A stretch of DNA of 64,000 nt, from contig CBFIHZ010000002.1 in the NCBI GenBank assembly GCA_965662545.1, positions 113,047-177,046 of the forward strand. Reading direction: 5' to 3'. Origin of the DNA: an uncultured Rhodobacteraceae bacterium. Its GTDB lineage: Bacteria > Pseudomonadota > Alphaproteobacteria > Rhodobacterales > Rhodobacteraceae. The notes under the pieces are model-generated. The model had not been told where the DNA came from. It ran no database searches and saw only the letters and a program-made list of their open reading frames with translations. A program made the position numbers and the translations under genes. This document shows, one piece after another, positions 36,926 to 49,526 of this stretch (position 1 is its first letter; each line of letters opens with the position of its first letter).

Positions 36926-38887
36926 ATGATTATCGAACTCGGACATTTTTGTCTTATTCTGGCCTTCGGGCTGTCGTGCGTCCAAACGGTCAGTGGTCTG
37001 GTTGGTGCGCAGTACCGTTGGGCTGGCTGGATGGCAGTGACAGGGCAGGCGGCGCTGCTGCAGTTTGCCCTGACAGCCTGCGCGTTTGCAGCGCTGACCC
37101 ACGCGTTTGTCACTTCAGATTTCAGTTTGCGACTTGTGGTGTTGAACTCGCATTCTCTCAAACCGATGTTGTATAAAATTTCAGGCGTTTGGGGTAATCA
37201 TGAAGGGTCGATGCTGCTTTGGGTGTTGATCGTCACCTTGTTTGGTGCGACCGCCGCTTGGTTCGGCGACCGTTTGCCTCCAACGTTGCAAAGCCGGGTA
37301 CTGGCCGTGCAATCTGCCATTGCGGTGGCGTTCTTTGCCTTTATCATTTTTACTTCCAACCCGTTTTTACGCCTCGAGGTGCCGCCGTTTGACGGCCAAG
37401 ATCTTAACCCCCTGCTGCAGGATGTCGGCTTGGCGTTTCATCCGCCATTTCTCTATCTGGGGTATGTCGGCCTCAGCATGACGTTTTCCTTCGCGGTGGC
37501 GGCCTTAATTGAGGGGCGGGTGGACGCGGCTTGGGGGCGCTGGGTTCGGCCTTGGACCTTGGCGGCGTGGATCTTTTTAACCATTGGTATCGCGCTTGGC
37601 AGTTGGTGGGCCTATTACGAATTGGGTTGGGGCGGGTTTTGGTTTTGGGATCCGGTCGAAAATGCCAGCTTTATGCCGTGGTTGTTAGCAGGGGCGTTGT
37701 TGCATTCGGCGATCGTTGTCGAAAAAAGGGACAGTCTGAAAAACTGGACTATTCTGTTGGCCATTTTGGCGTTTGGGTTTTCATTGACCGGCACCTTTAT
37801 CGTACGGTCGGGCGTGTTGACCTCTGTGCACGCATTTGCCAATGACCCAGAGCGGGGGGTGTTTATTCTTGCTATTCTCGCGCTGTTCATCGGGGGTGCC
37901 CTGACCTTGTTTGCAGCGCGCTCCAGCGAAATGGAGGCGCGCGGCGTGTTTTCTCTGGTCAGTCGCGAGTCCGCGTTGGTGAGTAATAACATCCTGTTAG
38001 CGGGAAGCGCTTTTGTGGTTTTTATCGGCACGATCTGGCCGCTACTGGCCGAGCTTGCCTTCGATCGCAAGCTCAGCGTTGGCCCACCTTTCTTTAATCA
38101 GGCGTTCACCCCGTTTATGGTCGCGCTTGGGTTGATTTTACCACTGGGGTCAGTTCTGCCTTGGAAGCGCGCCCGTTTGGGAGGGGTGGCAAAGCGCCTG
38201 ATCCCAGCGTTGGTGCTGGCGCTTGCCGGTGCGGGACTGGTGTGGTCACTGCAGACCGGTCGAAGCCTTTTGGGACCGGTGGGTCTGTTTCTTGGGGCAT
38301 GGTTGGTTTTTGGCACGCTGACCGAACTATGGACCCGTGCCGGACGCAGTCATGATCTGCGCCGATTGACGCGTTTGCCGCGCGCCGACTGGGGCAAAGC
38401 CTGCGCCCATGCCGGGCTAGGCGTGACGATTTTTGGCATCGCAGGCATGACAGCTTGGCAGGTCGAGGACATTCGGGTCACCGACCTTAAAACCCCCTGG
38501 CAGGTTGGGGCCTATACGTTGCAACTCGACAAAGTCGAAAAACTCACCGGCCCGAATTATCTGACCACAATGGGCACAGTCACTTTGCGCAAAGGCCGTC
38601 GTCTTGTCGCTGAACTGAGACCAGAAAAACGCTATTACCCGGTTGCGAAAATGCCTACAACAGAGGCCGCAATTGATTACCGGATCATGCGTGATGTCTA
38701 TGTGGTACTGGGCGACCCTGAGGCCAGTGGTGGTTGGGTGGTGCGCACTTATATCAAACCACTGGCAAATTGGATTTGGGCCGGAGCGCTCTTGATGGCG
38801 TTCGGCGGGTTCCTAAGCCTGAGTGATAAACGGCTGCGGGTTGCGGCCGGCGCCGCCCGAACCCGGCCAGCGGTTATAGCCGAATGA
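36926..38887 (+). CDS. ccmF: Cytochrome c haem lyase subunit CcmF
   Basis: Start taken at MIIELGHFCLILAF. WGGFWFWDPVENASFMPW tryptophan-rich motif. Many TM segments. Confidence 0.92.
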   Translation: MIIELGHFCLILAFGLSCVQTVSGLVGAQYRWAGWMAVTGQAALLQFALTACAFAALTHAFVTSDFSLRLVVLNSHSLKPMLYKISGVWGNHEGSMLLWVLIVTLFGATAAWFGDRLPPTLQSRVLAVQSAIAVAFFAFIIFTSNPFLRLEVPPFDGQDLNPLLQDVGLAFHPPFLYLGYVGLSMTFSFAVAALIEGRVDAAWGRWVRPWTLAAWIFLTIGIALGSWWAYYELGWGGFWFWDPVENASFMPWLLAGALLHSAIVVEKRDSLKNWTILLAILAFGFSLTGTFIVRSGVLTSVHAFANDPERGVFILAILALFIGGALTLFAARSSEMEARGVFSLVSRESALVSNNILLAGSAFVVFIGTIWPLLAELAFDRKLSVGPPFFNQAFTPFMVALGLILPLGSVLPWKRARLGGVAKRLIPALVLALAGAGLVWSLQTGRSLLGPVGLFLGAWLVFGTLTELWTRAGRSHDLRRLTRLPRADWGKACAHAGLGVTIFGIAGMTAWQVEDIRVTDLKTPWQVGAYTLQLDKVEKLTGPNYLTTMGTVTLRKGRRLVAELRPEKRYYPVAKMPTTEAAIDYRIMRDVYVVLGDPEASGGWVVRTYIKPLANWIWAGALLMAFGGFLSLSDKRLRVAAGAARTRPAVIAE

Positions 38888-39342
38888 GATCGTTTGTATG
38901 CGCCTTGGTTTTGGTGTGGTTTTGCGCGCCGGTCTTTGCGGTCGAGCCGGACGAGGTGCTGTCGGATCCAGCCCTTGAGCAACGCGCCCGCAATTTGTCA
39001 CAACACTTACGCTGTCTGGTGTGTCGCAACGAAAGTATCGATGAAAGTAACGCAGGTTTGGCCCGCGATTTGCGCCTGTTGGTGCGCGAGCGCTTAGAAG
39101 CCGGGGACAGTGATGCGCAAGTGATGGAGTTTGTCGTCACGCGCTATGGCGAGTACGTCTTGTTGAAGCCCGACATTACCGGGGCAAATTGGCTGCTTTG
39201 GGCCAGTGGGCCGCTTACGCTGCTGTTTGCCGCTGGGGTGGTCGTGTCGTTTTCCCGTCGCAGAGCAAAAGACCGTCGAACGGCTGCCACCGCGCTGAGC
39301 GCAGAAGAAACCAAAGCCCTGAAAAAAATTCTGAACAATTGA
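38884..39342 (+). CDS. ccmH: Cytochrome c biogenesis protein CcmH/CycL
   Basis: 4-nt overlap with ccmF. LRCLVCRNESIDESNA (CxxC). C-terminal TM segment. Confidence 0.9.
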   Translation: MRSFVCALVLVWFCAPVFAVEPDEVLSDPALEQRARNLSQHLRCLVCRNESIDESNAGLARDLRLLVRERLEAGDSDAQVMEFVVTRYGEYVLLKPDITGANWLLWASGPLTLLFAAGVVVSFSRRRAKDRRTAATALSAEETKALKKILNN

Positions 39343-39417
39343 CACTGGGATTTAGAGGTCTTGTTTGCTAGGTTTACCCTGCAGGACGCACAGCTGTAAA
39401 AGAGTGATGGATCTACG

Positions 39418-40194
39418 ATGATATATGAAACCATTGATTTAGATATAAAAGATAATATTGCGGTATTGACGCTTAACCGTCCGGCGGTAATGAACGCGCT
39501 AAACGCCCAAATGCGGGCAGAAATTTTGCATGCGCTACGCCACAGCATCGAGGTCGCACGGGTTTTGGTGATGACCGGCGCAGGCCCTGCGTTTTGCAGC
39601 GGTCAGGATCTGAACGATCGCGGGGTCGTGGGGAAAATAGATCTCGAACGTAGTTTGCGTGACCAATATAATCCGATGTTGCAGGCCATTACCGATAGCC
39701 CTATTCCCACCATCAGCGCGGTGAACGGTCCGGCTGCCGGTGCAGGCGCCAATCTCGCCTTGGCCGCCGATGTGGTGATTGCCGCCGATGATGCTTATTT
39801 TGCGCAGGCTTTCACCCGTATTGGCTTGATGCCTGATGCCGGCGGCACCCACACGCTGCCCCGGCGCATGGGCATGGCCAAAGCCATGGGGGCCGCGCTT
39901 TTTGCCGAGAAAATCAGCGCCCAGCAAGCCGAGGCCTGGGGGATGATATGGGAAGTCGCTGCCCCTGACGGGTTCGACGCCCTGTGGAAACGCCGCGCCA
40001 AACATTTGGCAACCGGGCCCTCGGTTGCCTATACCCACACTAAAACCGCGTTGCGCCACAGTTTGCACAATACGTATGAACAGCAATTAATGCTGGAGGC
40101 AAAGCTTCAGGGCGATTGCGGCAAAACCCGCGATTTCAAAGAGGGTGTGCTGGCATTTCTGGAAAAACGCCCTGCGGTGTTTGAAGGTCGGTAA
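39418..40194 (+). CDS. Enoyl-CoA hydratase/isomerase (crotonase) family protein, PaaG-like
   Basis: LTLNRPAVMNALN, GAGPAFCSGQDL, AVNGPAAGAGANLALAADV. Confidence 0.8.
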   Translation: MIYETIDLDIKDNIAVLTLNRPAVMNALNAQMRAEILHALRHSIEVARVLVMTGAGPAFCSGQDLNDRGVVGKIDLERSLRDQYNPMLQAITDSPIPTISAVNGPAAGAGANLALAADVVIAADDAYFAQAFTRIGLMPDAGGTHTLPRRMGMAKAMGAALFAEKISAQQAEAWGMIWEVAAPDGFDALWKRRAKHLATGPSVAYTHTKTALRHSLHNTYEQQLMLEAKLQGDCGKTRDFKEGVLAFLEKRPAVFEGR

Positions 40195-40338
40195 TTGCCG
40201 ATTTGGACCCGTAATTTTCGGGTTGGAGGAGCCTGTTCAGTCCAAAACCAGATGTGTGCCGGACCCTTTTTGTAATCGGCCCGTGCACAAATGCCCCCGT
40301 AAGAACATGCCTCGCCCGACAGATTAACCCCCTGCGGT

Positions 40339-41634
40339 TCAGCGGTTTTCAATATCAACATAATCGCGGGCTGTTTCCCCGAGATATAGCTGGCGAGGGC
40401 GGCCAATTTTCATCTGTGGATCCGTGATCATTTCTTTCCACTGCGATATCCAGCCAACCGTACGCGAGACCGCAAAAATTGGTGTGAACATCGAGGTTGG
40501 AAACCCCATCGCCTCGAGGATGATACCCGAATAGAAATCGACGTTTGGAAAGAGTTTCTTTTCGATGAAGTATGGATCGCTCAGCGCAACCCGTTCTAGT
40601 TCTTTGGCAATTTGCAAAAGCGGGTTATCTTCTACACCTAACAGTTCCAGAACTTCGTCGGCGGATTGCTTTAATACAGTCGCCCGCGGGTCCGTATTTT
40701 TATACACCCGGTGACCAAAACCCATCAGTCGGAACGGATCATTTTTGTCTTTTGCTCTGGCAATAAACTCGGGAATACGGTCAACCGAGCCGATCTCGCG
40801 CAGCATTTCCAGACAGGCCTGGTTGGCCCCACCATGCGCCGGTCCCCACAGACAGGCAATGCCAGCCGCGATACAGGCAAACGGGTTGGCCCCCGAAGAT
40901 GACGCAAGCCGCACAGTTGATGTCGAGGCGTTCTGTTCATGGTCGGCGTGCAGCGTAAAGATCCGGTCCATAGCCCGTGACAAGATGGGGTTGACGACGT
41001 AATCTTCTGCGGGCACCGCAAAGCACATGCGTAAAAAATTCGAGGCATAATCCAGGTCATTGCGAGGATAGACAAAAGGTTGCCCGACAGTAAACTTATA
41101 GGCCATCGCCGCTATGGTTGGCATTTTGGCAATCAGCCGGAACGAGGCAACCTCGCGTTGATGCTCATCGGTGATATCGGTGCTGTCATGATAAAACGCC
41201 GACATTGCGCCAACAACACCGGTCATAACGGCCATCGGGTGTGCATCGCGTCGGAACCCGCGAAAAAAATACATCATCTGTTCGTGAATCATCGTGTGGC
41301 GGGTCACAATGGTCTCAAATTCTTCCAATGCGGTTGCTCCGGGTAGTTCACCATACAGCAACAGATAACAGACTTCGAGAAAATGCGACTTGCCAGCCAA
41401 CTGGTCAATTGGATATCCGCGGTGCTGCAATTCCCCCTTATCGCCGTCAATAAAGGTAATATGGCTGTCACAGGATGCCGTCGACGTAAAGCCAGGATCA
41501 TAGGTGAACATCTGTGCCTGAGCGTACAGCTTGCGAATATCAATGACGTCAGGCCCTGCAGAGGGGGACATTACCGGCAGATCGTAAGAAGTCCCGTTTA
41601 CGGTAAGTGTCGCATGTTTCGTTGCTTCGGCCAT
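40339..41634 (-). CDS. gltA: Citrate synthase
   Basis: Start at [14 protein letters not shown] (AAGGA upstream). [29 protein letters not shown]. Confidence 0.93.
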   Translation of the reverse strand: MAEATKHATLTVNGTSYDLPVMSPSAGPDVIDIRKLYAQAQMFTYDPGFTSTASCDSHITFIDGDKGELQHRGYPIDQLAGKSHFLEVCYLLLYGELPGATALEEFETIVTRHTMIHEQMMYFFRGFRRDAHPMAVMTGVVGAMSAFYHDSTDITDEHQREVASFRLIAKMPTIAAMAYKFTVGQPFVYPRNDLDYASNFLRMCFAVPAEDYVVNPILSRAMDRIFTLHADHEQNASTSTVRLASSSGANPFACIAAGIACLWGPAHGGANQACLEMLREIGSVDRIPEFIARAKDKNDPFRLMGFGHRVYKNTDPRATVLKQSADEVLELLGVEDNPLLQIAKELERVALSDPYFIEKKLFPNVDFYSGIILEAMGFPTSMFTPIFAVSRTVGWISQWKEMITDPQMKIGRPRQLYLGETARDYVDIENR

Positions 41635-41690
41635 CTTCAATCCTTCATATCGGTCATCCAGAACACTTCGCAAGCTGCGCGTTCTGGAGA

Positions 41691-43106
41691 TCAGTCTTTT
41701 ATCTCATTTGCAGATATGTCTGTTAATCTTGCAATTGTCTCCTGGCGTCCCAGCACCAGCATCATGTCAAAGACGCTTGGCGTTGCTGTGCGCCCTGCGA
41801 GAGCCGCTCTTATTGGTGCGGCTATTTTGCCAAAGCCAATGCCACGCGTCTCTGCGATTTGTGACGTTACTCTCTCCAAATCGCCACGGGTCCAAATAAC
41901 ATTTTGCAATTGCGGCGTCAACTCACGTAGAATGCTACGTCCTGTCTCATCAAGAGCGGACAGGGCTTTTTCGTCTGGTGTGATTGGCGTGCCAGCCAGA
42001 ATAAATTGTCCTTTGTCAATGAGTTCCCCAAAGTCACGTGCGCGTTCTTTTAGGCAATACATCGCCGACAGCATCTGCGTCGCAGTCTGATCGGATAGTT
42101 TGGGTGCACCGGTTACCTGCAGGAACGTTTGTAAATCTTGCAGCAACGCAGCATCTTCGGTGATGGCAATGTGCTGGCCACTTAATTTGCTGAGTTTTTT
42201 GAAATCAAACCGTGCGGGTGATTTTCCGATCCCGTCAAAACCGAACCAATCTTTGGCCTGAGCATCGGTGAAAAACTCGTCATTGCCATGCGCCCATCCC
42301 AATCGGGCCAAATAATTGCGCATGGCTGCCGCCGAATATCCCATCGCATGATATTCATCCACGCCCAAGGCCCCATGACGTTTTGACAGTTTTTTGCCAT
42401 CAGCACCATGGATTAACGGTATATGGGCCCAAACGGGTACCGGCCAACCCATAGCGTTATAAATGGTCATCTGACGGGCGGCATTGTTTAGGTGATCGTC
42501 GCCTCGTATGACGGTGGTCACCCCCATATCGTGATCATCAACGACCACAGCCAACATATAGACCGGAGTGCCATCCGAGCGCAGCAAGATCATATCGTCG
42601 AGCTGGTCATTTTTAATGGTGACATCACCCTGAACCTGATCTGCAATAACCGTTGTTCCACTCTGGGGGGCTTTGATCCGCACAACATAAGCGCCTTTCG
42701 GATGTCTGGCAGCCTCTACATCCCGCCACGGGCTGCGAAACAATGTCGAGCGTCCCGCCGCGCGGGCCTGATCGCGAAAAGCGGCGATTTCATCTTGTGA
42801 ACTGAAACATTTATAGGCCCTGCCAGCCGCAAGCAATTCATGGGCCACGTCGGCATGCCGCTCTGCGCGGTCAAACTGGGTTACCGGCTCGCCATCATAG
42901 TCAAGCCCGAGCCATTCCATCCCGGTAAAAATGGCTTGCGTTGCCTCCGGGGTTGAGCGCGCCCGATCCGTGTCTTCGATCCGCAACAAAAACTTGCCAC
43001 CGCGACCCCGGGCATACAGCCAGTTGAACAGCGCGGTGCGCGCGCTGCCAATGTGAAGATACCCTGTGGGTGAGGGGGCAAAGCGGGTGACAATCTGGCT
43101 GGACAT
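41691..43106 (-). CDS. gltX: Glutamate--tRNA ligase
   Basis: [23 protein letters not shown] (HIGH), KLSKRHG (KMSKS). Confidence 0.93.
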   Translation of the reverse strand: MSSQIVTRFAPSPTGYLHIGSARTALFNWLYARGRGGKFLLRIEDTDRARSTPEATQAIFTGMEWLGLDYDGEPVTQFDRAERHADVAHELLAAGRAYKCFSSQDEIAAFRDQARAAGRSTLFRSPWRDVEAARHPKGAYVVRIKAPQSGTTVIADQVQGDVTIKNDQLDDMILLRSDGTPVYMLAVVVDDHDMGVTTVIRGDDHLNNAARQMTIYNAMGWPVPVWAHIPLIHGADGKKLSKRHGALGVDEYHAMGYSAAAMRNYLARLGWAHGNDEFFTDAQAKDWFGFDGIGKSPARFDFKKLSKLSGQHIAITEDAALLQDLQTFLQVTGAPKLSDQTATQMLSAMYCLKERARDFGELIDKGQFILAGTPITPDEKALSALDETGRSILRELTPQLQNVIWTRGDLERVTSQIAETRGIGFGKIAAPIRAALAGRTATPSVFDMMLVLGRQETIARLTDISANEIKD

Positions 43107-43189
43107 AGAGGTTTAACCTTTGGTTAAGCAAAACGCTGGTACTTTTGCGCACTGTCTAACCATCCGTCTAAGCAGGGGCAAGCACAGGC

Positions 43190-45304
43190 ATGACCCGATT
43201 ACTTTCTATGGCGTTTTGGGGTGATAATTTCTGGCAGCAAAAGCCGCGTCTGCCCGACTGGGCACCGGTGTTGTTTGCCGTTGGTATTGCGGTTTATTTT
43301 GCGCTTGCCTCGGAACCTTCACCTGTCCTGCTTTTTGCAATCATTGCCTTGAACTTGCTGTGTTTGACGCTGTGCAAAAACCGGGATGCTATTTTAAAAA
43401 TAGCAATTGCCGCGCCGCTACTGGTCGTACTTGGGGTCGGGTGGGCAAATATCGCGGCGCTGTATAAGACAGCTGCGGTTTTGAAATATCATTACTACGG
43501 GCCGATAGAAGGGCGAATTGTCAAGGTTGATCGTTCTGCGTCTGATGCGCTGCGTTTGACACTTGATCGGGTGGTTCTTCGCCAACTTGCTCCCGGGCAA
43601 ACGCCAGAACGGGTACGGGTCTCGCTGCACGGCGCATTATTTGATTTTAAGCCGGTCCCTGGGGAAACGATCATGCTCACCGGGCATTTATCGCCCCCTG
43701 CCGGCGCTGTAGAGCCTTCGGGCTTTGATTTCAGACGTCACGCCTGGTTTTTGCGCCTCGGGGGCTTGGGCTACAGCCGCACGCCGGTTGTGGTGTTGGC
43801 CCCTGCAGGTCACGCGATGGCACTGGCGCGGGCGCGCATGCTTATCTCTACGCGAGTTCAAGCGGCTCTGCCGGGTCAATTGGGCGCCTTTGCAGCCACG
43901 GTACTCAGTGGCGACCGCTCCGGCTTAAATGCAAAGACCTTACAGGATTTGCGACAGACCAACTTGGCCCATCTACTGGCAATTTCCGGCCTGCATATGG
44001 GGTTGCTGACCGGATTTATCTTTGCACTATTAAGATTGGCAGTGCTGTCTTTGCCTGGGTCTGCCCGCCATTGGCCCGCCAAGAAAATTGCGGCATGCGG
44101 CGCAATACTGGCAGGCGCATTCTATCTGGCCTTATCGGGCGGCAATGTCGCCACAGAGCGTGCTTTTGTTATGGCTTTTGTGGGGTTTGGTGCCTTGCTG
44201 TTTGACAAACGTGCCTTGAGTTTACGGTCGGTTTCGGTTGCCGCTTTTTTGGTGCTGTTGTTGCGCCCAAGTGCTTTGCTCGGTCCGGGATTTCAAATGT
44301 CTTTTGCCGCCACTTTGGCTTTGATAACAGTCTATACAATTTGGTGCAAAAAGCGCTGGCAACCTTGGCCTAAATGGACCCAGCCGATCTGGATGGTCTT
44401 GATGTCTTCGCTGGTGGCCGGACTGGCAACCGCGCCGATTGCGGCAGCGCATTTTAATATGGTGTCGCAATATGGTCTGCTGGCCAATCTAATCTCGGTG
44501 CCGCTGATGGGCCTGGTTATTATGCCTGCTGGTGTCATCGGGTTGATGTTGATGCCGTTCGAACTTGAGGGGGGGGCGCTTTGGGTGATGGGTCAAGGGC
44601 TTGCCTGGATCCTTGGCGTGGCCGATTGGGTCGCGGATTTCAATGATGCTGTCCGCTATATAAAAGCACCCGCTCCTGTGGTTTTGCCGTTGCTGGCGGT
44701 AAGTGCCTTGTTTGCTGTGCTATGGGTCGGCCGTCTGCGGTTCATCGGAGTGTGTGGCTGTTTGCTTGGGTTTCTGATTTGGGCCCAGACACCTCGACCG
44801 TTACTTTTGATCAGTGATAGCGGCGCGCTGTTGGGCATACTTGCCCCACAGGGACGTTTGTTAAGTAAATCAAAAGGTACAGGTTTTGTGGCAAAAAACT
44901 GGCTCCGCAATGATGGTGACGGACGCAGCCAAACACAGGCAGCGCAGGGGTGGCAAGTGGCGTTTGATAATTTAAATTGGCTGCATGTTGTCGGCAAACG
45001 GGCTGCGGCTGACAAAAAAGACTGCCAACCCGATCAGGTGGTGATTGCCAATGTCTATCTTCAAGCCCACGGGAAATGTTTGATCTTGGACGCTGCGGTT
45101 TTCGCAGCCACTGGCAGTATGGATATTATTGCACGCCAAGGGCGCTTGCAGGTGCGCACAGCTCTTAGTTTTAATGGTGACCGGCTTTGGTCGCGGAAAC
45201 ATTTGACACCCTCAAAGGCAGCTATGCTTGCACAAAAGATTGAGCGGTTCAGCTTTTTGCTTAATAGCTCCGGATTAGCCCCACCAACCGCCCCTGAACC
45301 TTGA
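43190..45304 (+). CDS. ComEC/Rec2-family inner-membrane channel protein
   Basis: 704 aa, polytopic. Competence-domain string [16 protein letters not shown]. Confidence 0.85.
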   Translation: MTRLLSMAFWGDNFWQQKPRLPDWAPVLFAVGIAVYFALASEPSPVLLFAIIALNLLCLTLCKNRDAILKIAIAAPLLVVLGVGWANIAALYKTAAVLKYHYYGPIEGRIVKVDRSASDALRLTLDRVVLRQLAPGQTPERVRVSLHGALFDFKPVPGETIMLTGHLSPPAGAVEPSGFDFRRHAWFLRLGGLGYSRTPVVVLAPAGHAMALARARMLISTRVQAALPGQLGAFAATVLSGDRSGLNAKTLQDLRQTNLAHLLAISGLHMGLLTGFIFALLRLAVLSLPGSARHWPAKKIAACGAILAGAFYLALSGGNVATERAFVMAFVGFGALLFDKRALSLRSVSVAAFLVLLLRPSALLGPGFQMSFAATLALITVYTIWCKKRWQPWPKWTQPIWMVLMSSLVAGLATAPIAAAHFNMVSQYGLLANLISVPLMGLVIMPAGVIGLMLMPFELEGGALWVMGQGLAWILGVADWVADFNDAVRYIKAPAPVVLPLLAVSALFAVLWVGRLRFIGVCGCLLGFLIWAQTPRPLLLISDSGALLGILAPQGRLLSKSKGTGFVAKNWLRNDGDGRSQTQAAQGWQVAFDNLNWLHVVGKRAAADKKDCQPDQVVIANVYLQAHGKCLILDAAVFAATGSMDIIARQGRLQVRTALSFNGDRLWSRKHLTPSKAAMLAQKIERFSFLLNSSGLAPPTAPEP

Positions 45305-45959
45305 CGTGCCCTATTGGCAACATGCGGGTTTCATAAGCCGGGTTCGCCGCCTCGAGTGCAACAACATCTCCCATCCGCTTGAAGCGCTTCAAAGTTGCTT
45401 CATACCCTTCGATCTGGGCCACCACGATATCGCCATTTTCAGCAGTGTTGGTTTCCCGTATCACCACAATATCACCCTCGTTGATACCGGCGTTGATCAT
45501 CGAGTCACCCTTAACCTCAAGCGCGTAATGTTGGCCTTGCCCCGAAAGCATCTGCGCCGGAACCGTCACTTGTTGGGCATCATCCGCGATAGCTTCCATC
45601 GGGATGCCGGCGGCAATACGCCCGATCAAAGGCAATTGCTGGCTTTGTGAGCTGTCGATTTTGCGCGCCGCTGTCGGCGCTGGTCCATCGGGTTTGCCAC
45701 CATCAATTAATTTTGGTGTGAAACCGGTTTTCATCTCACCCAGAGAGTCAGGCAATTTCACAACCTCGATTGCCCGCGCCCGATGCGCCAGTCTGCGGAT
45801 AAAACCACGTTCTTCCAGCGCTGTTATCAGCCGGTGTATGCCCGATTTCGAGCGCAGATCGAGCGCTTCCTTCATTTCGTCAAACGATGGTGGTACGCCG
45901 TCTTTTTGCACCCGCTTATGGATAAACTCGAGTAAATCGCGTTGCTTTTTTGTCAACAT
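45261..45959 (-). CDS. lexA: LexA repressor
   Basis: [13 protein letters not shown] wHTH, cleavage/protease region VAAG-like [16 protein letters not shown] and VVALEA...[10 protein letters not shown] box upstream. Confidence 0.95.
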   Translation of the reverse strand: MLTKKQRDLLEFIHKRVQKDGVPPSFDEMKEALDLRSKSGIHRLITALEERGFIRRLAHRARAIEVVKLPDSLGEMKTGFTPKLIDGGKPDGPAPTAARKIDSSQSQQLPLIGRIAAGIPMEAIADDAQQVTVPAQMLSGQGQHYALEVKGDSMINAGINEGDIVVIRETNTAENGDIVVAQIEGYEATLKRFKRMGDVVALEAANPAYETRMLPIGHVKVQGRLVGLIRSY

Positions 45960-45991
45960 GTTCGAACCTCTATCACGCCTTGTCTCGTAAT

Positions 45992-46006
45992 GTTCTACTC
46001 ATGTTC
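45992..46006. promoter_or_regulatory. Alphaproteobacterial SOS box GTTC-N7-GTTC (GAAC-N7-GAAC on the lexA strand)
   Basis: GTTCtactcatGTTC read directly, 33 nt upstream of the lexA ATG. A third degenerate repeat, GTGT, follows after another 7 nt (46014-46017). Confidence 0.75.
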
Positions 46007-46049
46007 TTGTTTTGTGTCAAGTTGGATGGGTATTTTCGTCGAATTCATC

Positions 46050-47222
46050 TCATAAAAGAATATAAGGCACTTCGGCACCGGCGCCGAGTGCGGGCGCGTG
46101 TGGCGGGCGCACCAAAAGTGCATTTGCCTGCGCCAAGACGCTTAATAACGCGCTGTCTTGTCGGTCAAATGGGGTTAATTGACCGTTTGAAAAGCTGGCC
46201 CGCATATAGTGTTCACGCGGACCGTTTCGAGCAATCGCGCAAGCCAAAGGCGCCAGAGTGTGGCGGGTTTGTTCAGCGGGCAATCCGAGCATGTGACGGA
46301 TCACCGGCGTTAGAAAAACATGACCGCACACCATGGATGAGACCGGATTACCGGGCAGTCCGATCATGGGCGTATCTTTAATCCGTCCCGCCATCAGGGG
46401 TTTGCCGGGGCGCATCGCCACTTTATAAAAAGACTGCTGCATTCCCAAAGATTTTCCAGCCTTAGCAACAAGGTCGTGATCACCCACCGAGGCCCCCCCT
46501 ATCGTCACGATTAGATCTGCTGTCAGGGCCAATTCGAACACCATTTGCAGGGCGGGGATGGTGTCGCGGGCAATGGGCAGTATGCGAACCGCTGCGCCGC
46601 TTTCTTCAAGTAGGGCTTTTAAACCAAAACAATTCGAGGCGATAATCTGGTCGTCGCGGGGGTTTTGGCCAGGCATGACCAATTCATCGCCAGTCGATAT
46701 CACAGCGACAACCGGTTTGCGCCGGACCGGTACAAGCGGGTGGTTCATTGACGCAAGCAGCGCAACATCCGCAGGACTGAGCCGCCGTGGCGCCGCGATC
46801 ACCTCACCGCGTTTGAAATCTGATCCGGACGGACGAATATGTGTTTTGGGGTCAACCTCAGTCACAACAATCATGCCATCTGCATCGCGTTTCACATCTT
46901 CTTGGATGACCACATGTTGTGCGCCTTGCGGCAGGGGGGCGCCGGTGAAAATCCGCACCGCTTCCCCCGCGCCAACCATGCCTGAGAATCGGTGGCCGGC
47001 TGCCGCCTCGCCAATCACCCGATAACGCGCGCCTGGTGCAAGGCCCGCAGTTTGCACCGCATAGCCATCCATCGCCGAAGCGGCGAACGGCGGTTGATCG
47101 CGCGCGGCCTCAACAGGACGTGCAAGCACGCGCCCTGCCGCAAGATGTAAGGGCACGATTTCTTCCGGTCCCGGCTCGACTAACGCTGTAAGGGATTCAA
47201 GCGCCTCGGATACGCTGATCAT
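46050..47222 (-). CDS. moeA: Molybdopterin molybdotransferase MoeA
   Basis: [31 protein letters not shown]. Confidence 0.9.
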   Translation of the reverse strand: MISVSEALESLTALVEPGPEEIVPLHLAAGRVLARPVEAARDQPPFAASAMDGYAVQTAGLAPGARYRVIGEAAAGHRFSGMVGAGEAVRIFTGAPLPQGAQHVVIQEDVKRDADGMIVVTEVDPKTHIRPSGSDFKRGEVIAAPRRLSPADVALLASMNHPLVPVRRKPVVAVISTGDELVMPGQNPRDDQIIASNCFGLKALLEESGAAVRILPIARDTIPALQMVFELALTADLIVTIGGASVGDHDLVAKAGKSLGMQQSFYKVAMRPGKPLMAGRIKDTPMIGLPGNPVSSMVCGHVFLTPVIRHMLGLPAEQTRHTLAPLACAIARNGPREHYMRASFSNGQLTPFDRQDSALLSVLAQANALLVRPPHAPALGAGAEVPYILL

Positions 47223-47695
47223 AACGCCTCATAACGCCCTGATTTTCCGCCATCTTTCAAGACAACGTGGATGCCGCCGATCTCCATTGCCTTATCCACC
47301 GCCTTGGCCATGTCATAGATTGTTAAAGCTGTGATACTCACCGCACTTAACGCCTCCATTTCCACACCGGTTTGACCAGTGGTCTTGACTGTCGCGTGAA
47401 TACGCACACCGGGCAATGTTGTATCAGGGGTCAATTCGATCGCCACTTTGCTGATCGGCAACGGGTGACACAAGGGGATCAGGTCGGATGTTTTCTTGGC
47501 ACCCATAATCCCTGCCAGCCGGGCAACCCCCAGAACATCGCCTTTTTTAGCGCGATTTTCAACAATGATATCATAAGTTTCTTGCGCCATTTTAATGTAA
47601 CACACGGCTTCGGCAATTCGGGATGTGATGGCTTTTTCGGACACGTCGACCATATGCGCCGCGCCCTGACCGTCAAAATGGGTGAGGTCCGCCAT
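47219..47695 (-). CDS. moaC: Cyclic pyranopterin monophosphate synthase MoaC
   Basis: [23 protein letters not shown]. 4-nt overlap with moeA. Confidence 0.93.
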   Translation of the reverse strand: MADLTHFDGQGAAHMVDVSEKAITSRIAEAVCYIKMAQETYDIIVENRAKKGDVLGVARLAGIMGAKKTSDLIPLCHPLPISKVAIELTPDTTLPGVRIHATVKTTGQTGVEMEALSAVSITALTIYDMAKAVDKAMEIGGIHVVLKDGGKSGRYEAL

Positions 47696-48507
47696 TACGC
47701 TGCCCCCGCCAGTGCCGGGTTGGCCAGCAGGCTGCGCGTCGCCTGCTCTACATCCGGTTGCCGCATCAGGCTTTCTCCGATTAAAAAGCTTCGGGCGCCA
47801 AAGCTGGCCATTGCTGCCAGATCAGCCGCCGTGCTCAGACCCGATTCCGACACCAAATGACGCCCTTCGGGCACTCTTTGCGACAGAATGCGGGTGGTAT
47901 CGAGGCTGGTTTCAAAGGTTTTCAGATTGCGATTGTTGACCCCGATCAAAGGCGATGACAGCCTAAGCGCCCGATCCATTTCTGCACCATCATGCACTTC
48001 GATCAACACGTCCATGCCCCAGTCAAATGCGGCCTGTTCCAATTCGGCGGCCTGCGCATCCGACACCGAGGCCATGATGATCAAAATACAATCCGCGCCC
48101 AGAGCCCGCGCCTCGGCAACCTGATAGGTGTCATACATGAAATCTTTGCGCAATACCGGCAGGTTGGTCGCCGCTCGCGCTGACGACAAAAACGATTTTG
48201 CACCCTGAAAACTCGGGGTATCCGTCAGAATCGACAGGCAGCAAGCCCCCCCCGTCTCATAGGCTCGAGCCAGTTCTGCGGCATCAAAATCGGCGCGGAT
48301 CAAACCTTTTGAAGGGCTGGCTTTCTTCACCTCGGCGATCAGGCCATAACCGGCGCTTGCAGCCTGTATCAAGGCTGTGGCGAAGCCCCGTGGCGGGCTG
48401 GCCTCGCGCGCCTCAGATTCTATTTCAGTCAGAGGTTTTAAGGCTTTGTCGGCGGCCACCTCCTGCAGTTTATAGGCTTTTATTTTGTCGAGAATAGTCA
48501 AGCTCAT
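47695..48507 (-). CDS. trpC: Indole-3-glycerol phosphate synthase
   Basis: [25 protein letters not shown]. Confidence 0.93.
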   Translation of the reverse strand: MSLTILDKIKAYKLQEVAADKALKPLTEIESEAREASPPRGFATALIQAASAGYGLIAEVKKASPSKGLIRADFDAAELARAYETGGACCLSILTDTPSFQGAKSFLSSARAATNLPVLRKDFMYDTYQVAEARALGADCILIIMASVSDAQAAELEQAAFDWGMDVLIEVHDGAEMDRALRLSSPLIGVNNRNLKTFETSLDTTRILSQRVPEGRHLVSESGLSTAADLAAMASFGARSFLIGESLMRQPDVEQATRSLLANPALAGAA

Positions 48508-49526
48508 GAAGTCTCCGATGTGATCCGGGCAACGGTGTCGATTTTATCCTTTGCGGCCCCGCTGTCGATACTGTGTCGGGCCATGTCTACAGCTTGGACG
48601 TTGTCATCTGCAACACCGGCCACGATCAGGGCTGCGGCGGCATTCAGCAGCACTGCATCGCGGTATGCGCTGTGTGCTCCGTTCAACAGCGCCCGAAACG
48701 CGGTGGCGTTATGGGCTGGGCTCCCACCAAGAATAGTCTCGAACGGATGTACGGGCAGCCCAAAGTCATCGGGGTGTATCTCGGCCTCGGCCACGCTGCC
48801 ATCCGTGTCGAGCATCGCAACCCAACTGACGCCGGTGATGGTCAATTCATCGGTACCATCGCTGCCGTGAACCAGCCAAGCGCGCTCAGAGCCAAGCTGC
48901 TCAAGGGTTTGCGCCATTGGCAAGATTAAATCTCGGCTGAACGCACCCGTGAGTTGGCGTTTGACACCAGCAGGATTGGTCAGCGGGCCAAGAATGTTGA
49001 AAATCGTGCGGGTGCCCAATTCAGCGCGGACCGGCCCGACATGGGCCATGGCGGGATGGTGCATCGGTGCCATCATAAAGCCAATACCAGCACTGTTTAA
49101 AGATTTTTCCACGAGGTCCGGGCCAACCATGACATTGATGCCCATCTGCGACAGGGCGTCTGCAGCGCCGGATTTTGACGACAGGTTGCGATTGCCGTGT
49201 TTGGCGACAGGAACACCGGCCCCGGCAACCACGAAGGCCGTGGCGGTGGAAATGTTCAGCGTGCCCTTACCATCGCCGCCGGTACCGACAATATCCATTG
49301 CGCCTTTCGGCGCGCGCACACGGTGGCATTTGGCCCGCATCACAGCGGCCGCGGCAGCATATTCTTCGACGGTTTCGCCGCGCGTGCGCATGGCCATCAA
49401 CAGCCCCCCAATTTGACTGGGTGTGGCCTGTCCTGCAAACAGCGCGCTAAAGGCGCTCTCGGCCTCGGCACGGGTCAACGGCCGGTCGGCAGCGGCACCG
49501 ATAAGGGTTTTCAGCTGTTCGCTCAT
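48504..49526 (-). CDS. trpD: Anthranilate phosphoribosyltransferase
   Basis: [27 protein letters not shown]. Confidence 0.93.
   Translation of the reverse strand: MSEQLKTLIGAAADRPLTRAEAESAFSALFAGQATPSQIGGLLMAMRTRGETVEEYAAAAAVMRAKCHRVRAPKGAMDIVGTGGDGKGTLNISTATAFVVAGAGVPVAKHGNRNLSSKSGAADALSQMGINVMVGPDLVEKSLNSAGIGFMMAPMHHPAMAHVGPVRAELGTRTIFNILGPLTNPAGVKRQLTGAFSRDLILPMAQTLEQLGSERAWLVHGSDGTDELTITGVSWVAMLDTDGSVAEAEIHPDDFGLPVHPFETILGGSPAHNATAFRALLNGAHSAYRDAVLLNAAAALIVAGVADDNVQAVDMARHSIDSGAAKDKIDTVARITSETS

Noticed and set aside
41383-42090. 235-aa ORF on the plus strand
   Set aside because: It lies entirely antisense to gltA and gltX, which have unmistakable protein signatures. Its Arg/Ser/Ala/Cys-rich low-complexity translation is typical of a shadow ORF in GC-rich coding DNA.
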